A DNA stretch of 64,000 nt, from the NCBI GenBank assembly GCA_029239875.1, contig JARBUD010000027.1:4290-68289 (forward strand), written 5' to 3'. Positions 48,584-57,080 of the stretch are shown here, piece after piece. The translations under genes were made by a program, and so were the position numbers. This DNA comes from Xanthobacteraceae bacterium. Its GTDB lineage: Bacteria; Pseudomonadota; Alphaproteobacteria; Rhizobiales; Xanthobacteraceae. Numbering within the stretch: the stretch's first letter is position 1; each line of letters starts with the position of its first letter. Below the pieces are notes generated by a model. The model was not told the DNA's origin. It saw nothing but the letters and a program-made list of their open reading frames with translations, and searched no databases.

Positions 48584-49195
48584 TCACATCCGGTCCAGCA
48601 CGCTCTCCGCCGCGGCACCGTGCAGCTCGGCCTCGCCGATATGGGCGACGGCGGTGAGCAGCTTGGGCAGCACGGCGCGGACGTTGTGCGCCACCAGCAG
48701 CTTCACCGGCCGCACGACATTGACGAAGCCGGTCGCCTGCATGTGATCGATCAGTCCCAGCAGCGGATCCCAGAAATTGGCGACGTTGAGCACCATCACC
48801 GGCTTGGCGTGGCGGTTGAGCTGCACCCAGGTGAGCTGCTCGACCAGTTCCTCCAGCGTGCCGATGCCGCCGGGCAGAGCAAGGAAGGCGTCCGCGCGCT
48901 CGAACATCAGCCGCTTGCGCTCATGCATGTCCTTGGTGACGATCAGCTCATGGGCATGGTCGAAGGCCTGCTCCTTGCCGATCAGGAAGTCCGGGATGAT
49001 GCCCGTGACGTTGCCGCCTGCCTCGGCGCAGGCGCGGGCGGTGGCGCCCATCAGGCCTACGCCTCCGCCGCCATAGATGAGGCGGATGTTCTCGGCGGCC
49101 AGCATGCGGCCGAGCTCGATGGCGGTTTGAAGATAGACGGCATCGGCCCCTGAAGCCGCGCCGCAATAGACACATACGCTTTTGATCTTTGTCAT
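48584..49195 (-). CDS. LOG family (TIGR00730) nucleotide 5'-monophosphate nucleosidase
   Basis: Start MTKIKSVCVYCGA at 49195. Has GGGGVGLMG and PGGIGTLEE motifs. Confidence 0.85.
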   Translation of the reverse strand: MTKIKSVCVYCGAASGADAVYLQTAIELGRMLAAENIRLIYGGGGVGLMGATARACAEAGGNVTGIIPDFLIGKEQAFDHAHELIVTKDMHERKRLMFERADAFLALPGGIGTLEELVEQLTWVQLNRHAKPVMVLNVANFWDPLLGLIDHMQATGFVNVVRPVKLLVAHNVRAVLPKLLTAVAHIGEAELHGAAAESVLDRM

Positions 49196-49344
49196 GGACA
49201 ACATGTTGCACCGCAGCACAGGCGGGTTCAAGCCACTCTGGATTCCTCACATGGCATCGCCCGAGATTGGGTGCAAATCGCGGCGGACCGGAAATGGTTC
49301 GATCCGGCCAATTCACGGAAACGCTACGGACATTTGTCTTGCCG

Positions 49345-49371
49345 TCATCGTCTATCGACGATAAACGATGA
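49345..49371. promoter_or_regulatory. Near-perfect palindrome overlapping the arsR-family start codon (candidate operator)
   Basis: TCATCGTCTATCG-A-CGATAAACGATGA, with 12 of 13 arm positions complementary. Confidence 0.5.
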
Positions 49372-49754
49372 AAATGTCCAACGCTGATGCTGCTACCCCC
49401 GTCTGCGCCGGGGCCGACGACGAGTTGCTCGCCTTGCGCCTGCGCGCGCTGGCGCATCCCGCGCGGCTCGCGATCCTGCGGGCGCTTGCGGCGGCCGAAA
49501 GGTGCCAGTGCGGGCAGATCGTGCGCGGGCTCACCCTCGCGCAGTCGACCGTCTCACAGCATCTGAAGGTTCTGAAGGAGGCGGGGCTGATCACCGGCAC
49601 CATCGAGGGGCCACGCTCCTGCTACTGCCTCGACCGGGGCACCTTCGCGATGCTGGCGCGCCAGCTCGGCCCGCTGCTGGCGCATCTGGCCGGCGAAGGT
49701 GGCGAGCCTGGTGCCGCCCGCAGCCCTGACACGCGAGAGGACGCGCTGGTCTAA
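49368..49754 (+). CDS. ArsR/SmtB family metalloregulator
   Basis: 128 aa with HPARLAILRAL, a CxC pair in the alpha3 position (ERCQCGQIV) and HTH STVSQHLKVLKEAGLI. Alternative ATG at 49374. Confidence 0.85.
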   Translation: MKMSNADAATPVCAGADDELLALRLRALAHPARLAILRALAAAERCQCGQIVRGLTLAQSTVSQHLKVLKEAGLITGTIEGPRSCYCLDRGTFAMLARQLGPLLAHLAGEGGEPGAARSPDTREDALV

Positions 49755-49837
49755 GGCGGCGCAACGCTTATCTAGACGACGACACATATCGGGAACCGGG
49801 CGGCAAACGCCCGAGCAAGAAACGAACTGGAAGTCGC

Positions 49838-51769
49838 ATGTCCGCATCCGAGGGCGGGGCCGCGCCTGCGCGTCCCGCCAAAGCCTCCGAGATCAATCCG
49901 CGTGGCAGCCTGCTCGTCGCCCTGAAGGGGCTCTGGCCCTATCTCTGGCCGGTCGACCGGGCGGATCTTCGCGCGCGCGTCATGTGGGGCGTGCTGCTGC
50001 TGGTGCTGGCCAAGATCGCCACCATGACGACGCCCTTCTTCTTCAAATGGGCGACCGATGCGGCGGCGGAGGGCGAGGGCGCCCGCATCTCTACCGATGC
50101 GATCAGCCTGATCATCGCCGCGCCGCTGATGCTGACGCTGGCCTATGGCTTCTCCCGCATCGTGATGGCCGGGCTGACGCAGTGGCGCGACGGCCTGTTC
50201 GCCAAGGTGGCGATCCATGCGGTGCGGCGCCTCGCGCTCGAGACCTTCGAGCATATGCATGCCCTCTCGCTGCGCTTTCACCTGGAGCGCAAGACCGGCG
50301 GGCTGACGCGTATCCTCGAGCGCTCGCGCGAGGGCATCGAGACAATCGTGCGGATGCTGGTGCTGCATCTCGGCCCGACGATCCTGGAATTCGCCATGGT
50401 GATCGTCGTGCTGCTCTGGCAGTTCGACTGGCGCTACGTGGCCGCCACGGTGGGCATGATCGTTGCGTACACGGTCTTCACTTTCGTGATGACCGAGTAC
50501 CGCATGTCGATCCGCGCGGCGATGAACGAGAGCGACACCGACGCCAACGCCAAGGCGGTGGATAGCCTGCTCAACTACGAGACGGTGAAGTATTTCGGCG
50601 CCGAGCGCTGGGAGGCCCAGCGCTACGACCGTTCCATGGCGCGCTACGAGAAGGCGACCGTCCACACCCACACCTCGCTCGCCTGGCTGAACGCCGGGCA
50701 GGCGGTGATCTTCACCCTCGGCCTCACCGCGGTAATGGTGCTGTGCGTGCTCGACATCCGCGCCGGGCGGCAGTCGGTCGGCTCCTTCGTCATGGTCAAC
50801 GCCATGATGGTGCAGCTCTACCAGCCGCTGAACTTCCTCGGCATGATCTACCGCGAGATCAAGCAGTCGTTGATCGACATCGAGGCGATGTTCGCCATCC
50901 TCGCCCGCGCGCCGGAGATCAAGGATGTGTCGGACGCGCACAGGCTCGACCTGACCGGCGGCACGGTGCGCTTCGAGGATGTGCGCTTCTCTTACGATCC
51001 CGACCGCGAGATCCTGAAGGGCGTCTCCTTCGAGGTGCCGGCGGGGCGGACGGTGGCCATCGTCGGCCCGTCGGGCGCCGGCAAGTCGACTATCTCGCGG
51101 CTGCTGTTCCGCTTCTACGACGTCAATGCCGGGCGCATCACCATCGACGGGCAGGACATTCGCGAGCTGACACAGGACAGCCTGCGGGCCGCCATCGGCA
51201 TGGTTCCACAGGACACGGTGCTGTTCAACGACACGCTGGCCTACAACATCCGCTACGGCCGCGCCGGCGCCTCGGACGAGGAGGTCGCGCGCGCGGCCGA
51301 GCTCGCCCAGATCGACGGCTTCGTGCGGCGCACGCCGAAGGGCTATGCCACGGAGGTCGGCGAGCGCGGGCTGAAGCTTTCGGGCGGCGAGAAACAGCGC
51401 GTAGCCATCGCCCGCACCATCCTGAAGGACCCGCCGATCCTCATCCTCGACGAGGCGACCTCGGCGCTCGACAGCCACACCGAGCGCGAGATCCAGGACG
51501 CGCTGGAGCGGGTCTCGCGCGGGCGCACCTCCCTCGTCATCGCGCACCGGCTTTCCACGGTGGTGGGCGCGGACGAGATCATCGTGCTCGACCATGGCGA
51601 GATCGCCGAGCGCGGCACCCATGCCGAGCTTATGGCGCGCCGAGGCCTCTACCACTCCATGTGGGAGCGCCAGCGCGAGGCCGAGCGCGCTCGCGAGACG
51701 CTGAAGGAGGCCGAGGCGGCGGAGGAAGCCGTCGACCTGCACGATAAGACCAGCGAGGCAGTAGTATAA
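49838..51769 (+). CDS. Atm1/ABCB7-type half-transporter (fused TMD-NBD ABC exporter)
   Basis: 643 aa with 6 TM spans, then Walker A GPSGAGKST, signature LSGGEKQRVAIAR and Walker B ILILDEATSALD. Confidence 0.85.
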   Translation: MSASEGGAAPARPAKASEINPRGSLLVALKGLWPYLWPVDRADLRARVMWGVLLLVLAKIATMTTPFFFKWATDAAAEGEGARISTDAISLIIAAPLMLTLAYGFSRIVMAGLTQWRDGLFAKVAIHAVRRLALETFEHMHALSLRFHLERKTGGLTRILERSREGIETIVRMLVLHLGPTILEFAMVIVVLLWQFDWRYVAATVGMIVAYTVFTFVMTEYRMSIRAAMNESDTDANAKAVDSLLNYETVKYFGAERWEAQRYDRSMARYEKATVHTHTSLAWLNAGQAVIFTLGLTAVMVLCVLDIRAGRQSVGSFVMVNAMMVQLYQPLNFLGMIYREIKQSLIDIEAMFAILARAPEIKDVSDAHRLDLTGGTVRFEDVRFSYDPDREILKGVSFEVPAGRTVAIVGPSGAGKSTISRLLFRFYDVNAGRITIDGQDIRELTQDSLRAAIGMVPQDTVLFNDTLAYNIRYGRAGASDEEVARAAELAQIDGFVRRTPKGYATEVGERGLKLSGGEKQRVAIARTILKDPPILILDEATSALDSHTEREIQDALERVSRGRTSLVIAHRLSTVVGADEIIVLDHGEIAERGTHAELMARRGLYHSMWERQREAERARETLKEAEAAEEAVDLHDKTSEAVV

Positions 51770-51895
51770 CCGAAGGTTAGCTCCTGGCCGCCTTCCGGTC
51801 TGGCAGGCGCTCGGAAGCCATTTGACGGCGCCACGACAGAGCCCTACCTCTGCCGTGCCCGCCACCGGGCGATAGCACTCGGGAAACAATCTCGC

Positions 51896-52594
51896 ATGTC
51901 CGTCATCGATTCCATCCGCAGCGGCCTCGCGCCCATCCACCGCGAGGGTTACCCGTTCATCCTGATCGGGGCGGCGGCGTCGGTGCTGTTGCTCTGGCTG
52001 GTGCCGCCGCTTGGCTGGATCGCCGTGCTGATCACGCTGTGGATCTGCTATTTCTTCCGCGATCCCGAGCGGGTGACGCCGGTGCGACCCGGGCTGGTAG
52101 TGTCGCCTGCGGACGGGCGGGTTTGCCTCGTCGGTCCCGCCGTGCCGCCGGTCGAACTCGGCCTCGGCGAGATGGCGCTGCCGCGCGTGTGCATCTTCAT
52201 GAACGTATTCGACGTGCACGTGAATCGCGCCCCGCTGGCGGGGCGTGTCACCCGCATCGCCTATCGGCCGGGGAAATTCCTCTCCGCCGACCTCGACAAG
52301 GCGAGCGAGGACAATGAGCGTTCCGGCATGGTGCTGGATACCGCCATCGGCTCCGTGGGCGTGGTGCAGATCGCCGGGCTGGTGGCGCGGCGCATCGTCA
52401 GCTTCGTGCGCGAGGGCGACAGCCTGGCCCCGGGCCAGCGCTTCGGGCTGATCCGCTTCGGCTCGCGCGTCGACGTCTATCTGCCGGCTGGCGCGCGCCC
52501 CGCCGTGGCCGAGGGCCAGCGGGCCATTGCCGGCGAGACCATCCTGGCCGATCTTGCCAGCGAGGGCCCGGAGCCTACCTACCGCGTTGATTGA
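51896..52594 (+). CDS. psd: Phosphatidylserine decarboxylase proenzyme (short rhizobial type)
   Basis: 232 aa with [11 protein letters not shown] self-cleavage GS motif. Followed by pssA. Confidence 0.85.
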   Translation: MSVIDSIRSGLAPIHREGYPFILIGAAASVLLLWLVPPLGWIAVLITLWICYFFRDPERVTPVRPGLVVSPADGRVCLVGPAVPPVELGLGEMALPRVCIFMNVFDVHVNRAPLAGRVTRIAYRPGKFLSADLDKASEDNERSGMVLDTAIGSVGVVQIAGLVARRIVSFVREGDSLAPGQRFGLIRFGSRVDVYLPAGARPAVAEGQRAIAGETILADLASEGPEPTYRVD

Positions 52595-52616
52595 GAAATT
52601 CAGCAGCGAGCGCGCC

Positions 52617-53507
52617 ATGGCCGACCTGTTCCCCCCCTTCGATCCGGATGCCGGCCCGGATGTGCCCGAGCCGCGCCGCCGCCGCTTCCAGGCGGTGCCG
52701 CTCCGGCTGCTGCTACCGAACCTGGTGACGCTGCTGGCGCTGTGCGCCGGGCTCACCGGCATCCGCATGGCGATCGAGGGGCGGCTCGAACTAGCGCTTG
52801 GCGCCATCGTTCTCGCCGCCGTGCTCGACGGCATGGACGGGCGGCTCGCCCGCATGCTGCAGGGTACCTCCCGCTTCGGCGCCGAGCTCGACAGCCTGTC
52901 GGACTTCGTCTGCTTCGGCGTGGCGCCGGGGCTGGTGCTTTACATGTGGGGGCTGGAGACGCTGGGTTCGGTCGGCTGGATCGCCGCGCTCGCCTTCGCC
53001 ATCTGCGCGGCGCTGCGCCTCGCCCGTTTCAACGTGATGCTGGAAGACCCGAACAAGCCGCCCTTCGCCGGCGACTTCTTCACCGGCGTGCCGGCGCCGG
53101 CTGGGGCGATCTGCGTGCTGCTGCCGGTCTATCTGGAGCTGGTCGGCCTGCCGCGCCTCGTCGCCTCGCCGGCCGTGGCGGCGGCCTACTGCTTCGGCAT
53201 CGCGCTGCTGATGGTCTCGAAGGTGCCGGCCTGGTCCGGCAAGCGGCTTGGCTCGCGCATCCCGCGCGAGCAGGTGATGCCGCTTTTCGTCTGCGTGGTG
53301 CTGTTCGTCGCCGTGCTGGTGACGTGGCCCTGGGTGATGCTGTCGGTGCTGTGCATCGCCTATCTCGCCATGCTGCCCTTCTCGGCGATGCGCTATGCGC
53401 GGCTGTCGCGCGAATATCGGCAGCGCCTCGCCACTGCCGGCCATGCCGACATGCATGCCGGCACTCCCGCCGCGGACGGCGAGAACCGCCCAAGTCATCT
53501 CAACTAA
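52617..53507 (+). CDS. pssA: CDP-diacylglycerol--serine O-phosphatidyltransferase
   Basis: ATG at 52617. CDP-alcohol phosphatidyltransferase motif DGMDGRLARMLQGTSRFGAELDSLSD. Confidence 0.85.
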   Translation: MADLFPPFDPDAGPDVPEPRRRRFQAVPLRLLLPNLVTLLALCAGLTGIRMAIEGRLELALGAIVLAAVLDGMDGRLARMLQGTSRFGAELDSLSDFVCFGVAPGLVLYMWGLETLGSVGWIAALAFAICAALRLARFNVMLEDPNKPPFAGDFFTGVPAPAGAICVLLPVYLELVGLPRLVASPAVAAAYCFGIALLMVSKVPAWSGKRLGSRIPREQVMPLFVCVVLFVAVLVTWPWVMLSVLCIAYLAMLPFSAMRYARLSREYRQRLATAGHADMHAGTPAADGENRPSHLN

Positions 53508-53548
53508 GGGCGACATCTCAACTAAGGCGACGCCATCTCAACTGAAGG
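53496..53548. repeat. Three direct repeats CATCTCAACT(A/G)AAGG spanning the pssA stop codon
   Basis: Copies start at 53496, 53514 and 53534. The first contains the pssA TAA. Confidence 0.8.
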
Positions 53549-53557
53549 GAAGCGCCG

Positions 53558-53791
53558 TCAGCGGGCGCGGCGCATCATCGCCTCGACGCGGGCGGTGAGC
53601 GGGGCGCCGGGGAAGGCCTGGCGCAGCAGGCGCAACGCCTCGGCATCCGAGCCGGGGCGGGCGAGGTCGAGATGCTGCGACATGAGCTGGGAAACCGACG
53701 CCGTCTCGCGCCGCGCATAGGAGATGCGTTCGCTCTCGCGCAGGGGGGCGGAGGACGAGGTCTTCACTGCCACGCTTGCTGTCTGCAGCAT
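53558..53791 (-). CDS. Small hypothetical protein (77 aa)
   Basis: ATG at 53791 lies 8 nt after GGAGG. No family recognised. The coding call rests on the RBS and ORF length only. Confidence 0.4.
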   Translation of the reverse strand: MLQTASVAVKTSSSAPLRESERISYARRETASVSQLMSQHLDLARPGSDAEALRLLRQAFPGAPLTARVEAMMRRAR

Positions 53792-54104
53792 CACAATAGC
53801 CTCCGATCGCAGAAGCGAATCAATCAGCTTTCCTCATGCACACAATGAGGTGCTTGCGCCCGTAACGCACGAACTATTTTCAGGTTCCCGTTCTTGTGAA
53901 CGCGCACCCGAGCAAGTTCTCACCGTGTCACTGTCGGCTCTATCCGAGACAATACGAAGACAAGTCGCCAATATTTCAGATTTCGAACAGTTATTCCCTG
54001 TCCGCACGACCTCCCGCTGGCAGAGCGGAGGCTGCTGAAGGTATCGCGATAGCGGAATTTCCTATGAATGACCGGATCGATCCAGTCATTCGGACGCTTT
54101 TGCC

Positions 54105-54692
54105 TCAGGAGCGGGTCAGCGTGACCTTGCCGCCGTCGCCGGTGGCGACGCCGTCATACTGGCCGCTGCCGGCCGGCTGCAGCCGCGCCGTGACCTTGCC
54201 GAGATGGTTCTGCAGCACGATTTCGTTGCCCCAGACGTCCCAACCCTTGGTCATGAAGATGTCGTTCGGGCAGTCGACGTCCGCATTGGCGGCAAAGCCG
54301 GACATGCCGCGATCGGTCGACAGCGTGACCTTGCAGGTCTTCTGGCCGTTGTCCCAGCCATATCGCCAGGTGCCGGCGAGTTGCGTGCGGGTCGCGCCGG
54401 GCTCGGTATAGGCGACACCGCCCGGAGCGGTGGCCGGCGGCGGCGCGAGGGCGACCTGGCTCGCGGGCTGGCGAGGGGTGACGGCGGCGGCGGCGGTCGC
54501 GGCCGAGGCGCCGGTGGCCGGCATGCCGGGAGCGGGGACGGGCGAGGTTTCCACCGAGCCGGAGGGCGCAGGGGTGATCTGGCTGGTCTCCATGGGGGCG
54601 GCATTCGTCCCCGGGAATCCATCGAGGACGGTGCTGCAACCACCCGTGAGAAGGGCTGCGGCGGTCGTGGCCACGACGGCGGAGAACTTCAT
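54105..54692 (-). CDS. Omp19-like outer-membrane lipoprotein with protease-inhibitor Inh-like C-terminal domain
   Basis: Lipobox LLTGGC, Pro/Ala-rich linker, and a C-terminal domain (GTWRYGWDNGQKTCKVTLS...DCPNDI...WDVWGNEIVLQN...GQYDGVATGDGGKVTLTRS) collinear with Brucella Omp19 as I recall it. Confidence 0.7.
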   Translation of the reverse strand: MKFSAVVATTAAALLTGGCSTVLDGFPGTNAAPMETSQITPAPSGSVETSPVPAPGMPATGASAATAAAAVTPRQPASQVALAPPPATAPGGVAYTEPGATRTQLAGTWRYGWDNGQKTCKVTLSTDRGMSGFAANADVDCPNDIFMTKGWDVWGNEIVLQNHLGKVTARLQPAGSGQYDGVATGDGGKVTLTRS

Positions 54693-55024
54693 CGGCCCTG
54701 CACTCCCCGCCCGGTTTTCCGAAGAGTCCGGACGCTTGCCCCAGATGGATGCGGCGCGACGCGATCAGGCATTCGCACGCGGACTCTGTTTCCCCAAGGA
54801 TCGTGGCACGAGCGTGACCCGACCGCGGCAGAGTCCTGATCCACAAGCACTGACATGCTTATGCTCAACGAAAACTTAACGAAAGTCGACGGCGGTTCAT
54901 CTCTGCGGCGTCACCCCGCCGCGCGAAACTGCATTGACGTGACCGCATCGCGGTCCGGCGTAAAGCAGCGTTCAGTTTTCATCGAAACTGCTTTATGTGC
55001 GACGCAGCGAAGAGGAGCTGCGCC

Positions 55025-55795
55025 ATGTATCAGATGCTGGATCCTTCCACCCTCCGTGTCCTCGTCACCGGGGCGACCTCCGGCATCGGCGCCGCCACCG
55101 CCCGGCGCTTCGCGCTGGCGGGCGCCAAGGTGGTCGGCACCGGCCGCCGCGCCGACCGGCTGATCGCGCTGCGCGACGAGCTGGGTGCCAACTTCCACCC
55201 GCTGGAGGTTGACGTGCGCGACAATGCGGCGCTGACCGAGGCGCTAGCCAAGGTGGCGGAGCCCTTTGCCCCGTTCAACGTGGTGTTCGCCAATGCCGGC
55301 CTGGCGCTGGGGCTCGAACCGGCCAATGCCGCCAGTCTCAAGGACTGGGACGACATGGTCGACACCAACATCAAGGGCCTGCTCTACACGGTGCGGGCGA
55401 CGCTGCCGGCCATGGTCGAGCGCCGCGAAGGGCATGTGCTGTTCACCGGCTCGGTGGCCGGCGACTATCCCTATCCGGGCGGCAACACCTACGGCGCCAC
55501 CAAGGCCTTCGTGAAGCAGTTCTCGCTCAACCTCATCGCCGACCTCGCCGGCACCGGCGTGCGCGCCACCAATATCGAGCCGGGCATGGTGGAGACTGAG
55601 TTCTCGCTGGTCCGCTTCCACGGCGACGCGGCGAAGTCGGACAATGTCTATGCCGGCACGCAGGCGATGAGCGGCGAGGATATCGCCGAGCAGGTGTTCT
55701 TCGCCGCGACCCTGCCGCGGCACGTCAACATCAACCGTATCCAGGCCTTCGCGACCTGCCAGAGCTTCTCGCCGTTCAAGGTCTCGCGAGGTTGA
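55025..55795 (+). CDS. SDR family NADP-dependent oxidoreductase (YdfG-like)
   Basis: TGATSGIGAATA cofactor motif and YGATKAF catalytic YxxxK. Confidence 0.85.
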   Translation: MYQMLDPSTLRVLVTGATSGIGAATARRFALAGAKVVGTGRRADRLIALRDELGANFHPLEVDVRDNAALTEALAKVAEPFAPFNVVFANAGLALGLEPANAASLKDWDDMVDTNIKGLLYTVRATLPAMVERREGHVLFTGSVAGDYPYPGGNTYGATKAFVKQFSLNLIADLAGTGVRATNIEPGMVETEFSLVRFHGDAAKSDNVYAGTQAMSGEDIAEQVFFAATLPRHVNINRIQAFATCQSFSPFKVSRG

Positions 55796-55798
55796 GGT

Positions 55799-57022
55799 TC
55801 AGAGCAATACGGCGCCGCCGAGCGCGGCGCCGATCACCACCGCCCAGGCCGGTACCCGCCATAGTGCCAGCGCCAGATAGGCGAGAAGGGCGAGCGCGAA
55901 GGCGCGGCCGGAGGTGATGCTGGACGCCACGACCGGGTCCCAGAAGGCGGCGCCGAGGAGGCCGACGACGGCGGCGTTGACGCCGGCCATGGCGTCGCGC
56001 ACGCGTTTCTCCGCCGCCAGCCGGGTCCAGAAGCGCAGCGCGCCAAAGACCAGCAGCGCCGAGGGCAGGAAGATGCCGATGAGCGCGACGGCGGCGCCGA
56101 GCACGCCATTGGGGGCGTTGGGCATCATCGCCCCGACATAGGCGGCGAACGTGAAGAGCGGTCCCGGCACCGCCTGCGCGGCACCGTAGCCGGCGAGGAA
56201 CGCCTCGCGCGTCAGCCCGCCGGGATGCACCAGCTCGGCTTCGATCAGCGGCAGCACCACATGGCCGCCGCCGAACACCAGCGCGCCAGCGCGGTAGAGC
56301 GTGTCGAACAGAGCGACGCCGGCGTTGCCGCTCGCTTGGGCGAGCAGGGGGAGCGCGACCAGCAGGAGCGCGAAGAGGGCGAGCGCGGCCAGCGACGCGG
56401 TACGACTCGGCAGATGATGGCCGGCGGGCTCCGACGCCGGCACGGCATCGAGCCGGATGAGTGCGAGGCCGATCAGCGCGCCGCCGGCGATGACGCCGAT
56501 CTGGCCTATCGCGCCCGGCACCAATGCGGCGGCCGCGGCGGCGAAGAGGGCGAGGCTGCGGCGCTGCCGGTCCGGGCAGAGGTTCTTCGCCATGCCGATC
56601 ACGGCGTCGGCGACGATGGCGACGGCGGCGACCTTCAGGCCCGCGAGCCAGCCGCCACTGATGCCCGCCGCGTCGGCATGCGTCACGCCGTAGGCGAAGG
56701 CGAGCATGATCAGCGCGGAGGGCAGGGTGAAGGCGAACCAGGCCGCGGTCATGCCCAGCGGTCCGGCGCGCATCAGCCCGATCGCCATGCCGACCTGGCT
56801 GGAGGCGGGACCGGGCAGGAACTGGCACAGCGCGACGAGATTGGCGTAGGCCTCCTCGCTCAGCCATTGCCGGCGCCGCACCAGCTCCTCGCGGAAATAG
56901 CCGAGATGCGCCACCGGCCCGCCGAAGGAGGTGAGCCCGAGCTTCAGGAAGACGCCGAGCACCTCGCGCGGCGCGCCGGCATAGGGGGACACGGTGGATT
57001 CGTCGGTGCGTGCATCGATCAT
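55799..57022 (-). CDS. chrA: Chromate ion transporter (CHR family) ChrA
   Basis: 407 aa. FLKLGLTSFGGPVAHLGYFREE and the repeated CHR half-domain are typical of long-chain ChrA. Confidence 0.85.
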   Translation of the reverse strand: MIDARTDESTVSPYAGAPREVLGVFLKLGLTSFGGPVAHLGYFREELVRRRQWLSEEAYANLVALCQFLPGPASSQVGMAIGLMRAGPLGMTAAWFAFTLPSALIMLAFAYGVTHADAAGISGGWLAGLKVAAVAIVADAVIGMAKNLCPDRQRRSLALFAAAAAALVPGAIGQIGVIAGGALIGLALIRLDAVPASEPAGHHLPSRTASLAALALFALLLVALPLLAQASGNAGVALFDTLYRAGALVFGGGHVVLPLIEAELVHPGGLTREAFLAGYGAAQAVPGPLFTFAAYVGAMMPNAPNGVLGAAVALIGIFLPSALLVFGALRFWTRLAAEKRVRDAMAGVNAAVVGLLGAAFWDPVVASSITSGRAFALALLAYLALALWRVPAWAVVIGAALGGAVLL

Positions 57023-57080
57023 GACGCGCCAGCGTTAACGCACCACCACGGCCGATGCATGCGAATTTTCGATGACGGCC

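Noticed and set aside
49772-52855. 1027-aa ORF on the minus strand, the longest ORF in the track.
   Set aside because: It lies antisense to three well-supported genes (Atm1-type exporter, psd, pssA). Its product is Arg/Ala/Gly/His-rich low-complexity sequence with no recognisable motif. This is the typical shadow ORF of high-GC DNA, where stop codons are rare on the antisense strand.
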